This document shows, one piece after another, positions 30,831 to 46,367 of a stretch of DNA of 64,000 bases (within the stretch, counting starts at the first letter, position 1; each line of letters begins with the position of its first letter). Location of the stretch: the NCBI RefSeq assembly GCF_009914755.1, contig NC_060928.1. One strand, given 5' to 3'. A program made the position numbers and the translations under genes. Source of the stretch: the human T2T-CHM13v2.0 reference genome, Homo sapiens. A model generated the notes under the pieces. That model made no database searches. It had not been told where the DNA came from and worked only from the letters and a program-made list of their open reading frames with translations.

Positions 30831-31352
30831 GCCAGGTGCGGTGGCTCATGCCTGTAACCCCAGAACCTTTGGAGGCCAAGGCAGATGGATCTCTTGAGCC
30901 CAGGAGTTCGAGACCAGCCTGGTCAACATGGTGAAACCCTGTCACTATTAAAAATAGAAAAATTAGCCGGGCATGGTAGTGCATGCCTGTAGTCCCAGCT
31001 ACTTGGGAGGCTGAGGTGAGAGGATCACTTGAACCCAGGAGTCAGAGGTTGCAGTGAGCCGAGATCACACCACTGCTCTCCAGCCTGGATGACAGAGTGA
31101 GACCCTGTCTTGAAAAACAAACAAAAACAAAAACAAAACTCATGTAATCCATAAATATATACACCTACTATGTAGCACAAAAATTAAAAATAAAAAAAAC
31201 CCCATTAAATTCAAGTCATGGTTACCTCTGGGCATAGAGGGAGGATGAACCTTTTCCTGGCTGTGTGACAAGAACTAGGTTTTTTTCTACCACGATAGGA
31301 GTAGGGAAGAATGGTTATGGGATATTTTTTGTGGCTATAATATTTTGTTTTA

Positions 31353-31890
<538 letters not shown>

Positions 31891-31895
31891 GATAA

Positions 31896-31934
31896 GTCCC
31901 TAAGACCAACGGATGACTCTAATCCTTTAAAAGT
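31896..31934 (-). tRNA. mt-tRNA-Leu(CUN) 5' half, NUMT pseudogene
   Basis: ACTTTTAAAGGATTAGAGTCATCCGTTGGTCTTAGG; truncated just after the TAG anticodon. Confidence 0.85.
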
Positions 31935-31993
31935 TGAGAAAACCATATTATCAGGCATGGGGGCATGAGCTGTCAGTTCTTGCATACTTTCTT
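31935..31993 (-). tRNA. mt-tRNA-Ser(AGY) NUMT pseudogene
   Basis: AGAAAGTATGCAAGAACTGACAGCTCATGCCCCCATG...ATGGTTTTCTCA; anticodon loop mutated. Confidence 0.85.
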
Positions 31994-32062
31994 GATAGGT
32001 AAGAAGTTGCAGGCTTCTATTGTTAGATCCACAATCTAATGTTTTGGTTGAACTATAGCTAC
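31994..32062 (-). tRNA. mt-tRNA-His NUMT pseudogene
   Basis: Anticodon arm TTAGA-TTGTGGA-TCTAA; T arm AGAAG/CTTCT. Confidence 0.9.
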
Positions 32063-33730
32063 AGCATGCAAACCCTATAATAATTTTAGGGTTTAAGGAT
32101 AATAGGAAGATAGGCTCAAGATGTATAAGTATTAATGTATTTTCTCATGTAAAGGAAGGTTTAATACTGTTAATATAATATGCAAGTGTCCCTCATTGTG
32201 TCTTGATTAGCATATACAGGGAGGAAAGGGCTGTAATTAGTATATTAAGTCCTATAAGCATAATAGTGACATTTGATCAGGAGAATGAGGCCATAGTCAC
32301 AAAGAGTTCTCCTGCTAGATTAATGGTAGGGAGTAAGGCAAGGTTAGTAAGATTTGCTAGAAGAGGCTATTAGTGGGAGCAGTGTTTGAAGCCCTCGGGT
32401 AAGTAATATGGTTCATCTATGGACTCGCTCATAGTTTGAATTTGCTAGGCAGAATAGTAAGGATGAAGTGAATGCGCGAGCAATTATAAGGGTGATTGCA
32501 CCTATAAAGCTTCAAGGGTCTGGATGAGGATAGGCATAATAACAAGTGCTATGTGGCTTACGGAGGAGTAGCCAATACGTGATTTTCGATCAGTTTATCG
32601 TAGACAAACAGAGCTATTCCTCATAGGGACAAGATGAGGAACAGACAGGCTATCTATTCTGTTAGGGGGGTGAGGATAAGAGTAAGCTGTATCATACCGT
32701 AACTGCCTAGCTTTAGGAGTACTGCTGCAAGAACTATTGAGCTTCTATATGAGCTTTGAGGAGTCTTAGGTGAAGTCCATATAGAGGTATTTTTACTATA
32801 CAAGCCATGATACATGCTAGTCATATAAGATTATTGGATCAGGAGGTTAATAGCTCTTGGGTAGTAAGTATTATTACTAGGCTGGGCGTGGTGGCTCACG
32901 CCTGTAATCCCAGCACTTTGGGAGGCTGAGGCAGGCAGATCACCTGACGTCAGGGGTGTGAGACCAGCCTGACCAACATGAAGAAACCCCGTCTCTACTA
33001 AAAATACAAAATTAGCCTAGCGTGGTGGCACATGCCTGTAATTCCAGCTACTTGGGAGGCTGAGGCAAGAGAATCGTTTGAACCCGGGAGGCGTAGGTTG
33101 CGGTGAGCCGAGATCGTGCCACTGCCCTTCAGCCCAGGCAACGAGAGTGAAAATCTGTCTCTTAAAAAAGAAAAGAAAAGAAAAGAAAAGTATTATTACT
33201 AGCATATTTAGTGACCTTGATATCTTTTGAGTATAAACGAGTGTTACAAGTAGAGGAAGGGATCCTACTAATGTGTAAAATAAGAAGTATGAGCTTGCAT
33301 TGAGGCGTTCTGGTTGGTTGCCTTAGTGGGTGATGATACTTAGGGTAGGAACTAGCGTGGCTTCAAAGAGGATATAAAATATAATTAGTTCTGTGGCGGT
33401 GAATGCTATGATTTAAAAAGTCTGTAGGGAAATCAATATAGAAATATAGAGCTTTTTTTCGGGGGTGTGATTCATTGGACAGGTGATATTGGCTTGCTAG
33501 AATTTTAAGAGGTAGTAGTCAGGCTGTTAAGATTAGAAGAGGTGATGTCAGCGGGACAGAAGAGAAGACTAATGAGAAATTGGATGAGGTATTGTTGAAT
33601 TGGTTAAAAAATAGTAGGCTGATGAGGCTGATGAGCAGGCTGTGGATAACCAGTTGATTCAGATTACAGAATTTTTAGAGAATCATGTCATCGGTAACAG
33701 TGTAATTGTTGGAACAATAATATTTAGCAT
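32063..33730 (-). pseudogene. MT-ND4: MT-ND4 pseudogene (NUMT), interrupted by AluSp
   Basis: ATG at 33730 overlaps the ND4L stop (ATGCTAA); C-terminus LLSLNPKIIMGFAC plus incomplete stop T; about 30 bp shorter than human ND4 after removing the Alu and one TSD. Confidence 0.95.
32880..33187 (+). mobile_element. AluSp-like element inside the NUMT ND4
   Basis: CTGACCAACATGAAGAAACC and GTTGCGGTGAGCC diagnostics; perfect 15-bp TSD AAGTATTATTACTAG (32866-32880 / 33188-33202). Confidence 0.92.
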
Positions 33731-34015
33731 TGAAGCAAACAGATTTTGTACATAATCTAGGCCATACGTACTGGAGATTGAAACTAGTAAGGAAAGGCCC
33801 ACGGCAGCTTCGCAGACAGCAAATACTAGGAGGATAATAGGTATTATGGATGCTAGAGCGAAATGTATATTTAAAGTTATGAGAGGATTTATGATAAATA
33901 TTGATAGTATTATGCCTTTTAGGCATCATAGGGATATTAGGTGTGATTGATAGACTAATACTCCTAGTAGTGATATGGTGTATGCTAATATAATATTAAT
34001 GTAAATAGAGGGCAT
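33724..34015 (-). pseudogene. MT-ND4L: MT-ND4L pseudogene (NUMT)
   Basis: [26 protein letters not shown] ... LLQC* in the mitochondrial code; 292 bp, frameshifted. Confidence 0.93.
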
Positions 34016-34082
34016 TTGGTAAACACGGTCTATCATAATCTAATGAGTTGAAATCATTTATTTTGACTTAAACTATTTACCA
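34016..34082 (-). tRNA. mt-tRNA-Arg NUMT pseudogene
   Basis: TGGTAAATAGTTTAAG...AATGATTTCAACTCATT; anticodon TCG changed to TCA, consistent with nuclear CpG decay. Confidence 0.88.
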
Positions 34083-34428
34083 ATTCAACTCAGTCTAACC
34101 CTTTTTGGGCTCATTCATAAGTCAAGCCTGGGATTAAAATGGTAACTAATATAAGGGCTGTGCTGATTATTAGTGTCAGATTGGTTGTTTGAAGGGCTCA
34201 TGGCAGGGGTAGTAGTAGAGTGATCTCTAAGTGGAAGAAGAGGAATGTGGTGGCTACTGGGAAGAATTTTAAGGAGAAGGGGAAGCAGGCGGAGGTTATT
34301 GGGTCAAATCCACATTCATAGGGGTTGGATTTTTACATATAAATATTAAGTTGTGGGATCCACAATGCTATTATTAGTAGTAATAGGGCCAGTGAGGTGT
34401 CGGTTACTAGGCCTAGTGTCAGGTTGAT
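34083..34428 (-). pseudogene. MT-ND3: MT-ND3 pseudogene (NUMT)
   Basis: 346 bp; contains PYECGFDP and ends KGLDWVE plus incomplete stop T. Confidence 0.95.
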
Positions 34429-34496
34429 TACTGTCTTTCAGATAGTATCGAAACTAATTGATTGGAAGTCAATGGTACTGTTTATGCTAAAAGAGT
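34429..34496 (-). tRNA. mt-tRNA-Gly NUMT pseudogene
   Basis: ACTCTTTTAGCATAAACAGTACC-ATTGA-CTTCCAA-TCAAT; TCC anticodon. Confidence 0.9.
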
Positions 34497-35042
34497 AGGA
34501 TCCTCATCAGGAGATAGAGACGTATAATAATAGTCATACTACATCTACGAAGTGTCAATACCAGGCAGCGGCTTCAAAGGGAAAGCGGTGGTTGGATGTA
34601 AAGTGGAATTTTAATTGGCAGAGGAGACAGTGAGAAATGTTGATCCAATAATAATGTGAAATCCGCGAAAGCCTGTGTCTGTAAAGAATGTTGAGCCGTA
34701 GAGCCCATCAGCGATAGTAAAGGGGGCCTTGAAATATTCCTAGACTTGTAGAAAGGTAAAGTAAATACCTAAGGCAATTGTGATGGATAGTGCTTGAAGT
34801 ATCTGCTTTTGACTACCTTCTATCTGTCTGTGGTGAGCCCAAGTATTTGAAACTCCTGATGCAAAAAGTACAGATGTATTTAGGAGAGGACTTCTAAGGA
34901 GTAGAGGGGAAAAATGCCTGTTGGGGGTCAGCGTCCCCCTAATTCTGGGACCGGGGCTAGACTAGAGTGGTAGAATGCCCAGAAGAAACCATCAAAAAAG
35001 AATACTTCTGAGATAATGAATAGAATTATTCCATATTGGAGG
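34497..35042 (-). pseudogene. MT-CO3: MT-CO3 pseudogene, 3' two-thirds (NUMT)
   Basis: [30 protein letters not shown] near the breakpoint; ends YVSISWWGS plus incomplete stop T. Confidence 0.95.
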
Positions 35043-35724
35043 TTGCAAATTAATCAGTATTAGTATAATCTTCATCTGACCAGGAAAAGGACATTTTTGA
35101 ATCACTTTGACTCTCATCTCTTGACTCTCTTTAGAAGGTGAGATTTTGGTCTCAGATTTGCATGAGAAGTAACTGAACATAAGGATATAAGCTTGGAACT
35201 TTTTTTTTTTAATGTCTAGTATTAAGAAGCTGAGTTCTGATAAGGAGCTGCTAATTAAGTCTGCAAGGATATGGTGCGGATTAACCCAGCTGTACCTGCT
35301 GGTAGAAATCCTCTGAAATAATGAAGAGCTGTCAAATTCCTCCAGCAATGTGGGGCCACAGGTACAAGCTCAGCTCTTTTGCGTTTGTTTTCATGTAATC
35401 TGCCAGGATACCCACAGCGGCACTTACTGCAGGCTTCTCGGTAGAAAGATAGAAAAAAAATACACCTGACCAGTCCTTCCACAATGACTTACCGTGTACT
35501 TTCTCTGTGTCAGCATTGTACGAATGCTGGGGGTGTCTCAGAATTGCCCTTGCCTTAATAATGCAAAAATTCTATTGGGGAGACAAAGCAAATACCAAAG
35601 AACTAAGACTTGGACAAGATGACAAAAGTACATAACTGTTTCATGGAGTGGTCAAGTCAATGAGCCAGGGAAATTCACAGGAGGAAGGCTTCAGCGAAGG
35701 CTGCAAGGCGGCAGCTCCAGCTTT

Positions 35725-37470
35725 GGTGTAGACAAATGGAGGTTGAAAATAACCCACCTCCCACTTCCATGGGAAGCCTACACTTCTCTGTCCCTTGACT
35801 TTGACTTACCCATGTGACTTGCTTTCGCCAGTGGGATCTCAGTGGAAGTGACATGATGGACGTCTTCAAATGTGTTTGCACAGTTGTGCTTTCGAGCCTT
35901 TTTGCCATGAGATTGCTGGAGAGGACAAACTTTTACACTACTCTGTTATATTTTGTTCCTGGGGGTCTGCGAATTAAAGTAACAAAAGACAGGGGAATGG
36001 GAGAAAAGGCATACAATTTTTATTAATGTTTGTGTGCACACGAGTTTACAGGAAAAAAGTAAAACTGAAGTGGTTAGACTCAGGGCCTTATATACCATTT
36101 TAACAAAGGAAAGGGGCTTTGAGCTTTGAGAAATAATGAATCATGGGGAAAAAAGTGACTAGGAAATATATGGCAAAGGTAATGGAAGATGAGTTATTTT
36201 AGCAAAGTTTGTTTATGCAGACTCATTTAGGTGCTATCTCTGATGATAAGAGTCTCTCTTCTCTTGGTACGAAAGAGGACGTTACCTTCACAAGATAAAT
36301 TTATATCCTACTTTTAGGCAGAAAAGGGGAGAGTAAGAATTCTTTTGCAACTACTGAGTCTTAATCATCCTTATGTCAAGGTGCATTTTTTGGTGTGGCA
36401 TACTCTGATCCCATTTAAGATGAACATGCCTCACTTGCCCACTGATCCCAGAAGAATAAAAATACATAGAGCAAGTGTGGATGTTGTGAGCTGCGCAAAG
36501 TCAGACATAACCAGGTCCACACACATCTGAGTCTTTCCATAAGGTAAGACTTTTACTGACACCATTTCGATCATAAGAGCCACAAGATACATGCAGCTCC
36601 AAAGGAGGCTTTTTTTTTTTTTTTAGAGATAGGGTCTTGCTGTATTGCCCAGGCTGGTCTCCAACTCCTGGACACAAGCAATCCTCCTTCCTCAGCATCC
36701 CAAAATGCTGGGATTACAGACATGAGCCACCGTGCCTGGCTAACAATTCTCTTGAGTATTACCTGTTTACTCAGTAGTCAGAGCTGTGGGCACACAGGTT
36801 CAAGCTATTCCACAGTCAGTCAATATTGCAAACCATAAATAATAATAGTATGCTTAATCAATATATAAATGTTCTAGATTAATATTTCACACAAAACAGA
36901 GTAACATTTAACATGAAGAGAAAAAGGAATAGGAGAAGGGGTTAATGAACCAGTCCAAGGAGAGTTACGTGGACAAGGAGAGTGTCCCGGCCTGACCCCG
37001 ACAGTCATCAATGTCTGGCAAGAACAGTCCTTAATGTGGGCAGAGCCTTCAGCAGCAGATGCCAGGTGCTAATAATGAGTGACAGCAAGACAGAGTCTGT
37101 CAAGAAGGCCATTCCTAGCTGGTGATGTTCTGCTCATTTTATGGCCCTGGAGTCCTCTGCTGAGGACTGATAGTAAAAGGTTATGCCCTTATCTTTTTGG
37201 GTGTTATCTCTGTTGATTAGGAGAACATCTGAGCCCAGCTGGCTTGATGCCTTTTGAAAAGTAAGTTGAAGTATTTTTCTAAGATGGAGTTACTTACATC
37301 AAGGGTGCTGTATACACTGGACCTACTGCAGAGCCTGGAACCCAGCCCAGCTGAGTCCAGCTTAGATGAGCTAAATCACAGCCAACCTACAGGTGCCCAA
37401 GTGAAATATAAATGTTTGTGACTCTGAGATTTTGTGGTTGCTTGTTCCACAGTATTATTGTAACAGTAGT
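35725..37470. mobile_element. MLT1-type LTR split by two ERV LTRs (MER34/MER39-like ~35905-36418, minus; another ERV LTR ~36495-37317, minus) and an Alu monomer
   Basis: MLT1 motifs CCATGTGACTTGCTTT...CCAGTGG and GAGATTTTGTGGTTGCTTGTT; LTR ends TTTTGGTGTGGCATACTCTGATCCC and AAGATGGAGTTACTTACATCAAGGGTGCTGTATACA. Subfamily names uncertain. Confidence 0.55.
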
Positions 37471-38208
37471 TTATTTATCCATAAAATCAGGAAATGTATA
37501 CCTCAACTTGCAGTGGTATTATAAGAATTCAGTGAAATAGAAGCCTAAGGTCTCAGATTTCAATACCCTGAGAATGCAATTGTGGTCATGTCAATATTGC
37601 TATCTGATTTGCAATGGTTCCTGTACTCATGAGGAAATTCCCTTCCCAGAAGAGGGTTTGTAAATAATCCTGATGTTGCTTAGTGTTATGGCATGCCCCT
37701 CATCACCACCACCAGCTGCTGGTCCTCACAGCTCTGCCAGGGCCCCACTCTAAGTTCAGGCTCAGCACCTATTGATCGACTCAGGCTGGTCATCTGGGGA
37801 ACTGCAGCGGAGATTCACCAATAAATAACAGTGAACTTGAACTTCATGATGCAGGACAGCTTGACTTATTTATTCACATAGCAAACATCTATCATGTTCC
37901 TATTACTCGCCAAGCAGTGTATTTAGTGTACTAAGCAAGGTTCTGACTTACAGCAGTTGCTTTCACAAGAGGAATGAGGATAGAAAATATTCTCTCCCTC
38001 ATTTATACTCAATTAGTGAACTCCACAGCCCGGTAGGGCCCCAGAGAGTCACAATTTAGTGAAACAGTTCTTTCAATTTTGAAATGTTTCCAGAATGGCA
38101 GGCTCAAGAAAAGATCCTCTGGACTGGGCCCGGTGGCTCACACCTGTAATCCCAGCACTTTGAGAGGCCGAGGAGGGTGGATCACTTGAGGTCAGGAGTT
38201 CGAGACTA

Positions 38209-38403
<195 letters not shown>

Positions 38404-38561
38404 TCAAAGAAAAGAAAAGACAAGGTAAAAGAAAAGAAAAAAAAGGCCAGGTACAGTGGCTCATGCCTGTAATCTCAGCACTTTGGGAGGCCGAGGCAGG
38501 CGGATCACGAGGTCAGGAAATCGAGACTATCCTGGCTAACACAGTGAAACCGTCTCTACTA

Positions 38562-38768
<207 letters not shown>

Positions 38769-39125
38769 TTAAAAGGAAAAAAGAAAGAAAAAGAAAAGAT
38801 CCTCTGGTAGTTATAACAGTAAACCCAACAGTTCTCCCTTGCAGCCCTCAGGGCTGGTGGATCAGCATGGGTCACAGCTCCCTAGGGTCAATATCCTCCT
38901 CAGCTCCTGTAAGCCCTTCCCCACCAGTGGCCCTCAAATCTGTCGGGCATGTCTGTGCATGAGTCCCACTGAACAGCAGTCAAGATATCTTCCCAGAGGA
39001 CATTTCAGCCCCTGTGCACATGCTAGTCTGCAAATGGCTTCCTGGGAGGTGGAGTATTCTCCGACTATTTCCGGTGCATAGATGGGGACTTGCTAGGATC
39101 CCTGCTTACAGAATAACAAGGAAAG

Positions 39126-40093
39126 TGTTACCAGAAAGGAGTCCCAATCCAGACCCTAAGACAGGGTTCTTGGATCTTGCGCAAAAAAGAATGCAGAGCG
39201 AGTCCACTGATTAAAGTGAAAGAAGTTTGTTAAGAAAGTAAAGAAATAAAAGAATGGCTACTCCATAGGCAGAGCAGCCCAAGGTCCCAAGGACTGCTGG
39301 TTGGCTTTTTTTTTTTTTTTGAGACGGTGTCTCACTCTGTTGCCCAGGCTGGAGTACAGTGGCACAATCTCGGCTCACTGCAGTCTCGGCCTCCCGGGAT
39401 CAAGCAATTCTCCTGCCTCCGCCTCTTGAGTAGTTGGAATTACAGGTACGTGTCACCACGGCTGGCTATTTTTTGTATTTTTGGTAGAGACGATGTTTCA
39501 CCATGTTGGCCAGGCTGGTCTTGAACTCTTGGCCTCAAGTGATCGCCTGCCTCGGCCTCCCAAAGTGTGGGATTACAGGTGTGAGCTACTGCGCCCGGCC
39601 CTGGTTGGCTATTTTTATGGTTATTTCCTGATTATACGCTAAACAAGGGGTGGATTGTTCATGAATTTTCTGTGAAAGGGGCTTGGAATTCCTGAAACTA
39701 AGGATTTCTCTTCCTTTTAGACTCTCTTAGGTCTCTCTTCCTTTTAGTTCCATGTGGGGTAACTTCCGGAGTTGCCATGGCATTTGTAAAGTGTCACAGC
39801 ACTGGTGGGAGTGTCTTTTAGCATGCTAACGTATTATAATTAGTGCATAATGCACAGTGAGGACCACCAGAAGTCACTTTCATTGCTATCTTAGATTTGG
39901 CGGGTTCTGACTGGCTGTTCTACTGCATCCTGTTTTATCAGCAGCGTCCTCGTGACCGGTATCTTGTGACCTCCTATCTCATCCTGTGACTAAGAATGCC
40001 TAACATCCTACGGATGCAGCCCAACAGGTCTCAGCCTCATTTTACCTTGCCCCTATTCAAGATGGAGTCCCCCTGGTTTGAACGCCTCTGATG
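39126..40093 (-). mobile_element. MER41 (MER41B-like) ERV1 solo LTR, split by an Alu (39306-39600)
   Basis: Reverse start ~TCAGAGGCGTTCAAACCAG...ACTCCATCTTGAATAGGGG; other end TGTTACCAGAAAGGAGTCCC; TSD AAAG; Alu TSD CTGGTTGGCT. Confidence 0.9.
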
Positions 40094-40408
40094 AAAGTAC
40101 CAGGTCAGAGTATCAGTTCTCATCCACTTCCTGAAGGAGAGGAAACCTGAGCTGGGTTTTGGAGCATTTGGAATGAATAGGGAAGGGGCAGAAGTTTCTG
40201 TGCCCATCTTGGGTTAAAAAAAAAAAAAAAATTTGGCCTGGCACGATGGCTCACACCTGTAATCCCAGCACTTTGTGAGGCCAAGGCGGGCAGATCACGA
40301 GGTCAGGAGTTCAAGACCAGCCTGACCAACATGGTGAAACCCCGTCTCTACTAAAAATACAAAAATTAGCTGTGCGTGGTGGTGTGCGCCTGTAATCCCA
40401 GTTACTTA

Positions 40409-40555
<147 letters not shown>

Positions 40556-40749
40556 TCAGACTCTGAAGACAGCCTGAGATGACAGATTTAGGCCAGTGAA
40601 GTGAGTCTGGCTTCTGAGAGTTACACGATGCCGGGAACGGGCCAGGTTTCCCTGCTCTGTGGACTTTCAGACTTCGAAGTCCCAGATACCCTTTGGGTGG
40701 TGAAATTATTACAACAAGCCTTCACAGAATTCCTAGAAACATTCCCTAA

Positions 40750-41440
<691 letters not shown>

Positions 41441-42603
41441 CCATCGCACTCTTGAAATGTTAATCGACATTATTCATCTAAAATGGTTACTGATCCCTTA
41501 CTAGCTTTTGGTCATTGCATTTTTATTTGGAGGTGAAGGCAGGACCTTCATATATAACCAGTGTGGAAAACCCCCTTGCAGGCTCCTGGGCTTGTCCTGG
41601 CTGCCTTTGTCTGTGATCCTGCCCAAAGTCTCCTCTTCCTGCTTTTGAAAGCTGTGAGTCTGGCATTTACAATCTCTGCGCCATGTTGGGGAAGAATAGG
41701 ACAGGGGCTTCACAAACCAGCATTTCCCTGAGACACGCTGGCACTCCAGGTGCAGACAGGACACCTGGGGTGCATCCCAGGATGGGAGGCCAGAGTCAGA
41801 GGGGAGAGATTGGGTGCCTGTCATGGCTAATTAATTAAAAACAGTGTCGGGAAACAGGCTGTGCCCACGCATCACAGCCCACTAGTTAACACCCTTCCTG
41901 ATTCTGTGGGCCCTCAGCAAGATGTTCTGCCTGGCTGAGCGGCTTGGCCACAGGAGGTGACATGAAATATGAACTAGGCCGGTTCTCAGAACTCAATCCA
42001 GTACGTAGTCTTCATGGAATGAACAGACACTAGAAAATAAGAGCTCTCCTTACAGGGTGCCAGCCATCTTTTGTTTGAAGTCCCTCGTTTTCTTATGTTG
42101 ACCACAATGAGAATGACCATTAGTGTTTCTAAGGCCCCAGGTTTGTCCCCTGAAGAATAATCTGGGTTTCCGTAAGTGATGCTCAAGCTGTTTACTGCTC
42201 TGCAAGCTATCAGATGGCCACTTTCAGTTTCTTGACCCATGGAGAAATCAACTGACATTCGTTCTGGTGGCCACATTCTCTGGCTTTCTATTTGCAAAGT
42301 TTCCAGAAGGCAAGTCCAGGCCTGTAGAGAGGCTGCCTCTTCTGAGCTCCTTCACAGATAATTTCCTGGGTCATGCTAACCACCTGGGCACCATGGGCCA
42401 TTCTCATCAACAGCAGCCCTCTGCTCCTTTCTGTCTCCCACTGTTCCCTGAAACACCATAGGCACATCCTCACCCCCATGCCCTTGCTCATCAGTTCTTC
42501 CCACCTGGCATGCCCTTTCCTACCTACCTGTCCAAAATCCTGCCCGTCCATCAAGGCTCAGCCCCCATACCTATGGCTATCTTGCACTTAATACTACCAG
42601 TCA

Positions 42604-43894
<1,291 letters not shown>

Positions 43895-43961
43895 TCTTTC
43901 TTCTTCTTCTTCTCCTTCTTCTTCTTCTTCCCCTCCTTCTCCTTCTTCTTCTTTTTTTTGA

Positions 43962-44084
<123 letters not shown>

Positions 44085-44732
44085 TAATTTTTGTATTTTT
44101 AGTAGAGACGGGGTTTCACTATGTTGGCCAGTCTGGTCTCGAACTCCTGACCTCAAGTGACCCGCCCACCTCGGCCTCCCAAAGTGCTGGGTGAGCCACC
44201 GAGCCCGGCTACTGAATGCCTTCAAATATTTCTCGTATTATGTTGGTAATGGGGTTGCAAATTTATTTCCACTACACTTGGGTGTGCATTTGGAATGCAT
44301 TTCCTTTATTTTGTCTATGAACTAACTTTTATTATTTTTTTTTTGAGTGGGCATCTTCTGGATATCGATGGGGATGCATAGAGGAGTAGGGTGAGGAAAC
44401 TAGTTAGTCCGATATAATAAATTTACACAGTGCCTTTGGCTAATGCTCCATTTCTCTAGGTAAAATGCCATCTCTCTCAGAATCCCTCCAACACATACGC
44501 ACAATTCCTCTGTAAGTAGATGTAAGGGTAGAGCCTGCCAGCTGCTTGTGGTGATGTGTATAATGTCTTTATACTACCTAGTCGTTGGGACAGCCTCTGA
44601 TGCTAACATCTGCGCTCAATAAACCTGTAGTCCCTTCTCTTGGTTTTGACTTTGCTTCTGAGCACTTTCACCCATTTCCTCTCTCTCACAGGCCCCACTT
44701 CCGGCTTTCATGGGTGTTAAAAGATTCCTCTA

Positions 44733-45058
<326 letters not shown>

Positions 45059-46197
45059 CTAGTTACAAGTGTCAGGGCTGTCTCCAAGAAAGCTGCAAAG
45101 GAACATGAGTTCAAAGGGACATTAAAACACATTGCTTTAATATTTACAAATATTATCTCCTGTTTCATCTTGTTTAACACTTGTGCTTTTATTTAGCTTT
45201 TAGATTTGTTGGCCCTATCTCTTTAAGTGAGTAAGATGTTTGTTTTACTGGCCATGGAGTTTCACAAACTATTGTATACAGAGTAAACTCATACAAGAAC
45301 ATTACAAATAAAATTGTACAGCTTCATTAAGGTACAATTGACCCACCATAAGCTGCACATATTTGAAAAATATGATTTGATGAGTTTTGGCATAGGTCTA
45401 TGCCTATAAAATCCTCACCACAATCAAGATGGTAAGTGTATCCATCACACCCAGAAGTTTGAAAAGCATCCTTCCCTCCCTGCCTTCTACCCCCACACTT
45501 CGCCCAAGCAATCATTGGTCAGCTTTCTGTCACTATAGGTTAGTTTGCGTTTTCTAGAATTAAATAGAATCAATTGATAGGTACTCTTCTTGGTCTGGCT
45601 TCTTTCACTCAGCATAATTATTCAACTGTGTTACGTGTGTATTAATAGTTCATTCCTTCTTATTGCTGAATAATATGCCATTGTATGAATATACCATAAT
45701 TTTTTTATCCAGACTTCTTGTTCATGGGCATTTGGGTTAGTTCCAGTTAGGGACATATTACAAAGAGAGCTGCTATGGGCTGGGTGCAGTGGCTCATGCG
45801 TGTAATCCCAGCCCTTTGGGAGGCCGAGACAGGTGGATCACCTCAGGTCAGGGGTTTGAAACCAGCCTGCCCAACATGACGAAAACCCATCTCTACTAAA
45901 AATACAAAAAGTTAGCTGGGCATGGTGGTGCGTGTCTGTAATCCCAGCTTCTTGGGAAGCTGAGGCATGAGAATCACTTGAACTTGGGAAGTGGAGGTTG
46001 CAGTGATCGGAAATCACAGCACTGCACTCCAGCCTGGGCAACAGAGTGGGAGTCTGTGAAAGGAAGGAAGGAAGGAAGGGAGAAATAAAGAAAGAGAGAG
46101 AAAGAGAGGCTGCTGTAAACATTGGTGTACACGTGGACATATTTTTATTTCTCTTGGGTAATTACATGGAGGTGAAATGTCTGGGTTGTATGGGAAG

Positions 46198-46367
46198 TAG
46201 ATTTGCCAGATTTAGCAAATAAAAATACAAGGCATCCATTTAAACTTGAATTTCGGATAAATAAGAAGTAATTTTTTAGGATACATATATCCCATGCAAT
46301 ATTTAGAGCCTATATTGACAAGTTATTCACTATTTGTCTAAAATATGTCCCTTATCTGACAATACTA
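46198..46367. mobile_element. MER53 hAT MITE inside the L1
   Basis: TTGCCAGATTTAGCAAATAAAAATACA ... TTATCTGACAATACTA. Confidence 0.75.

Larger units (their letters stand above)
31896..35042 (-). pseudogene. NUMT: nuclear insertion of ~2.8 kb mtDNA (partial COX3 to partial tRNA-Leu(CUN))
   Basis: Colinear vertebrate mtDNA gene order COX3-G-ND3-R-ND4L-ND4-H-S-L on the minus strand, with indels, CpG decay and an Alu insertion. Confidence 0.98.

Noticed and set aside
33675-33929. 84-aa ORF within the NUMT
   Set aside because: Off-frame reading of the ND4L/ND4 pseudogene in the nuclear code.
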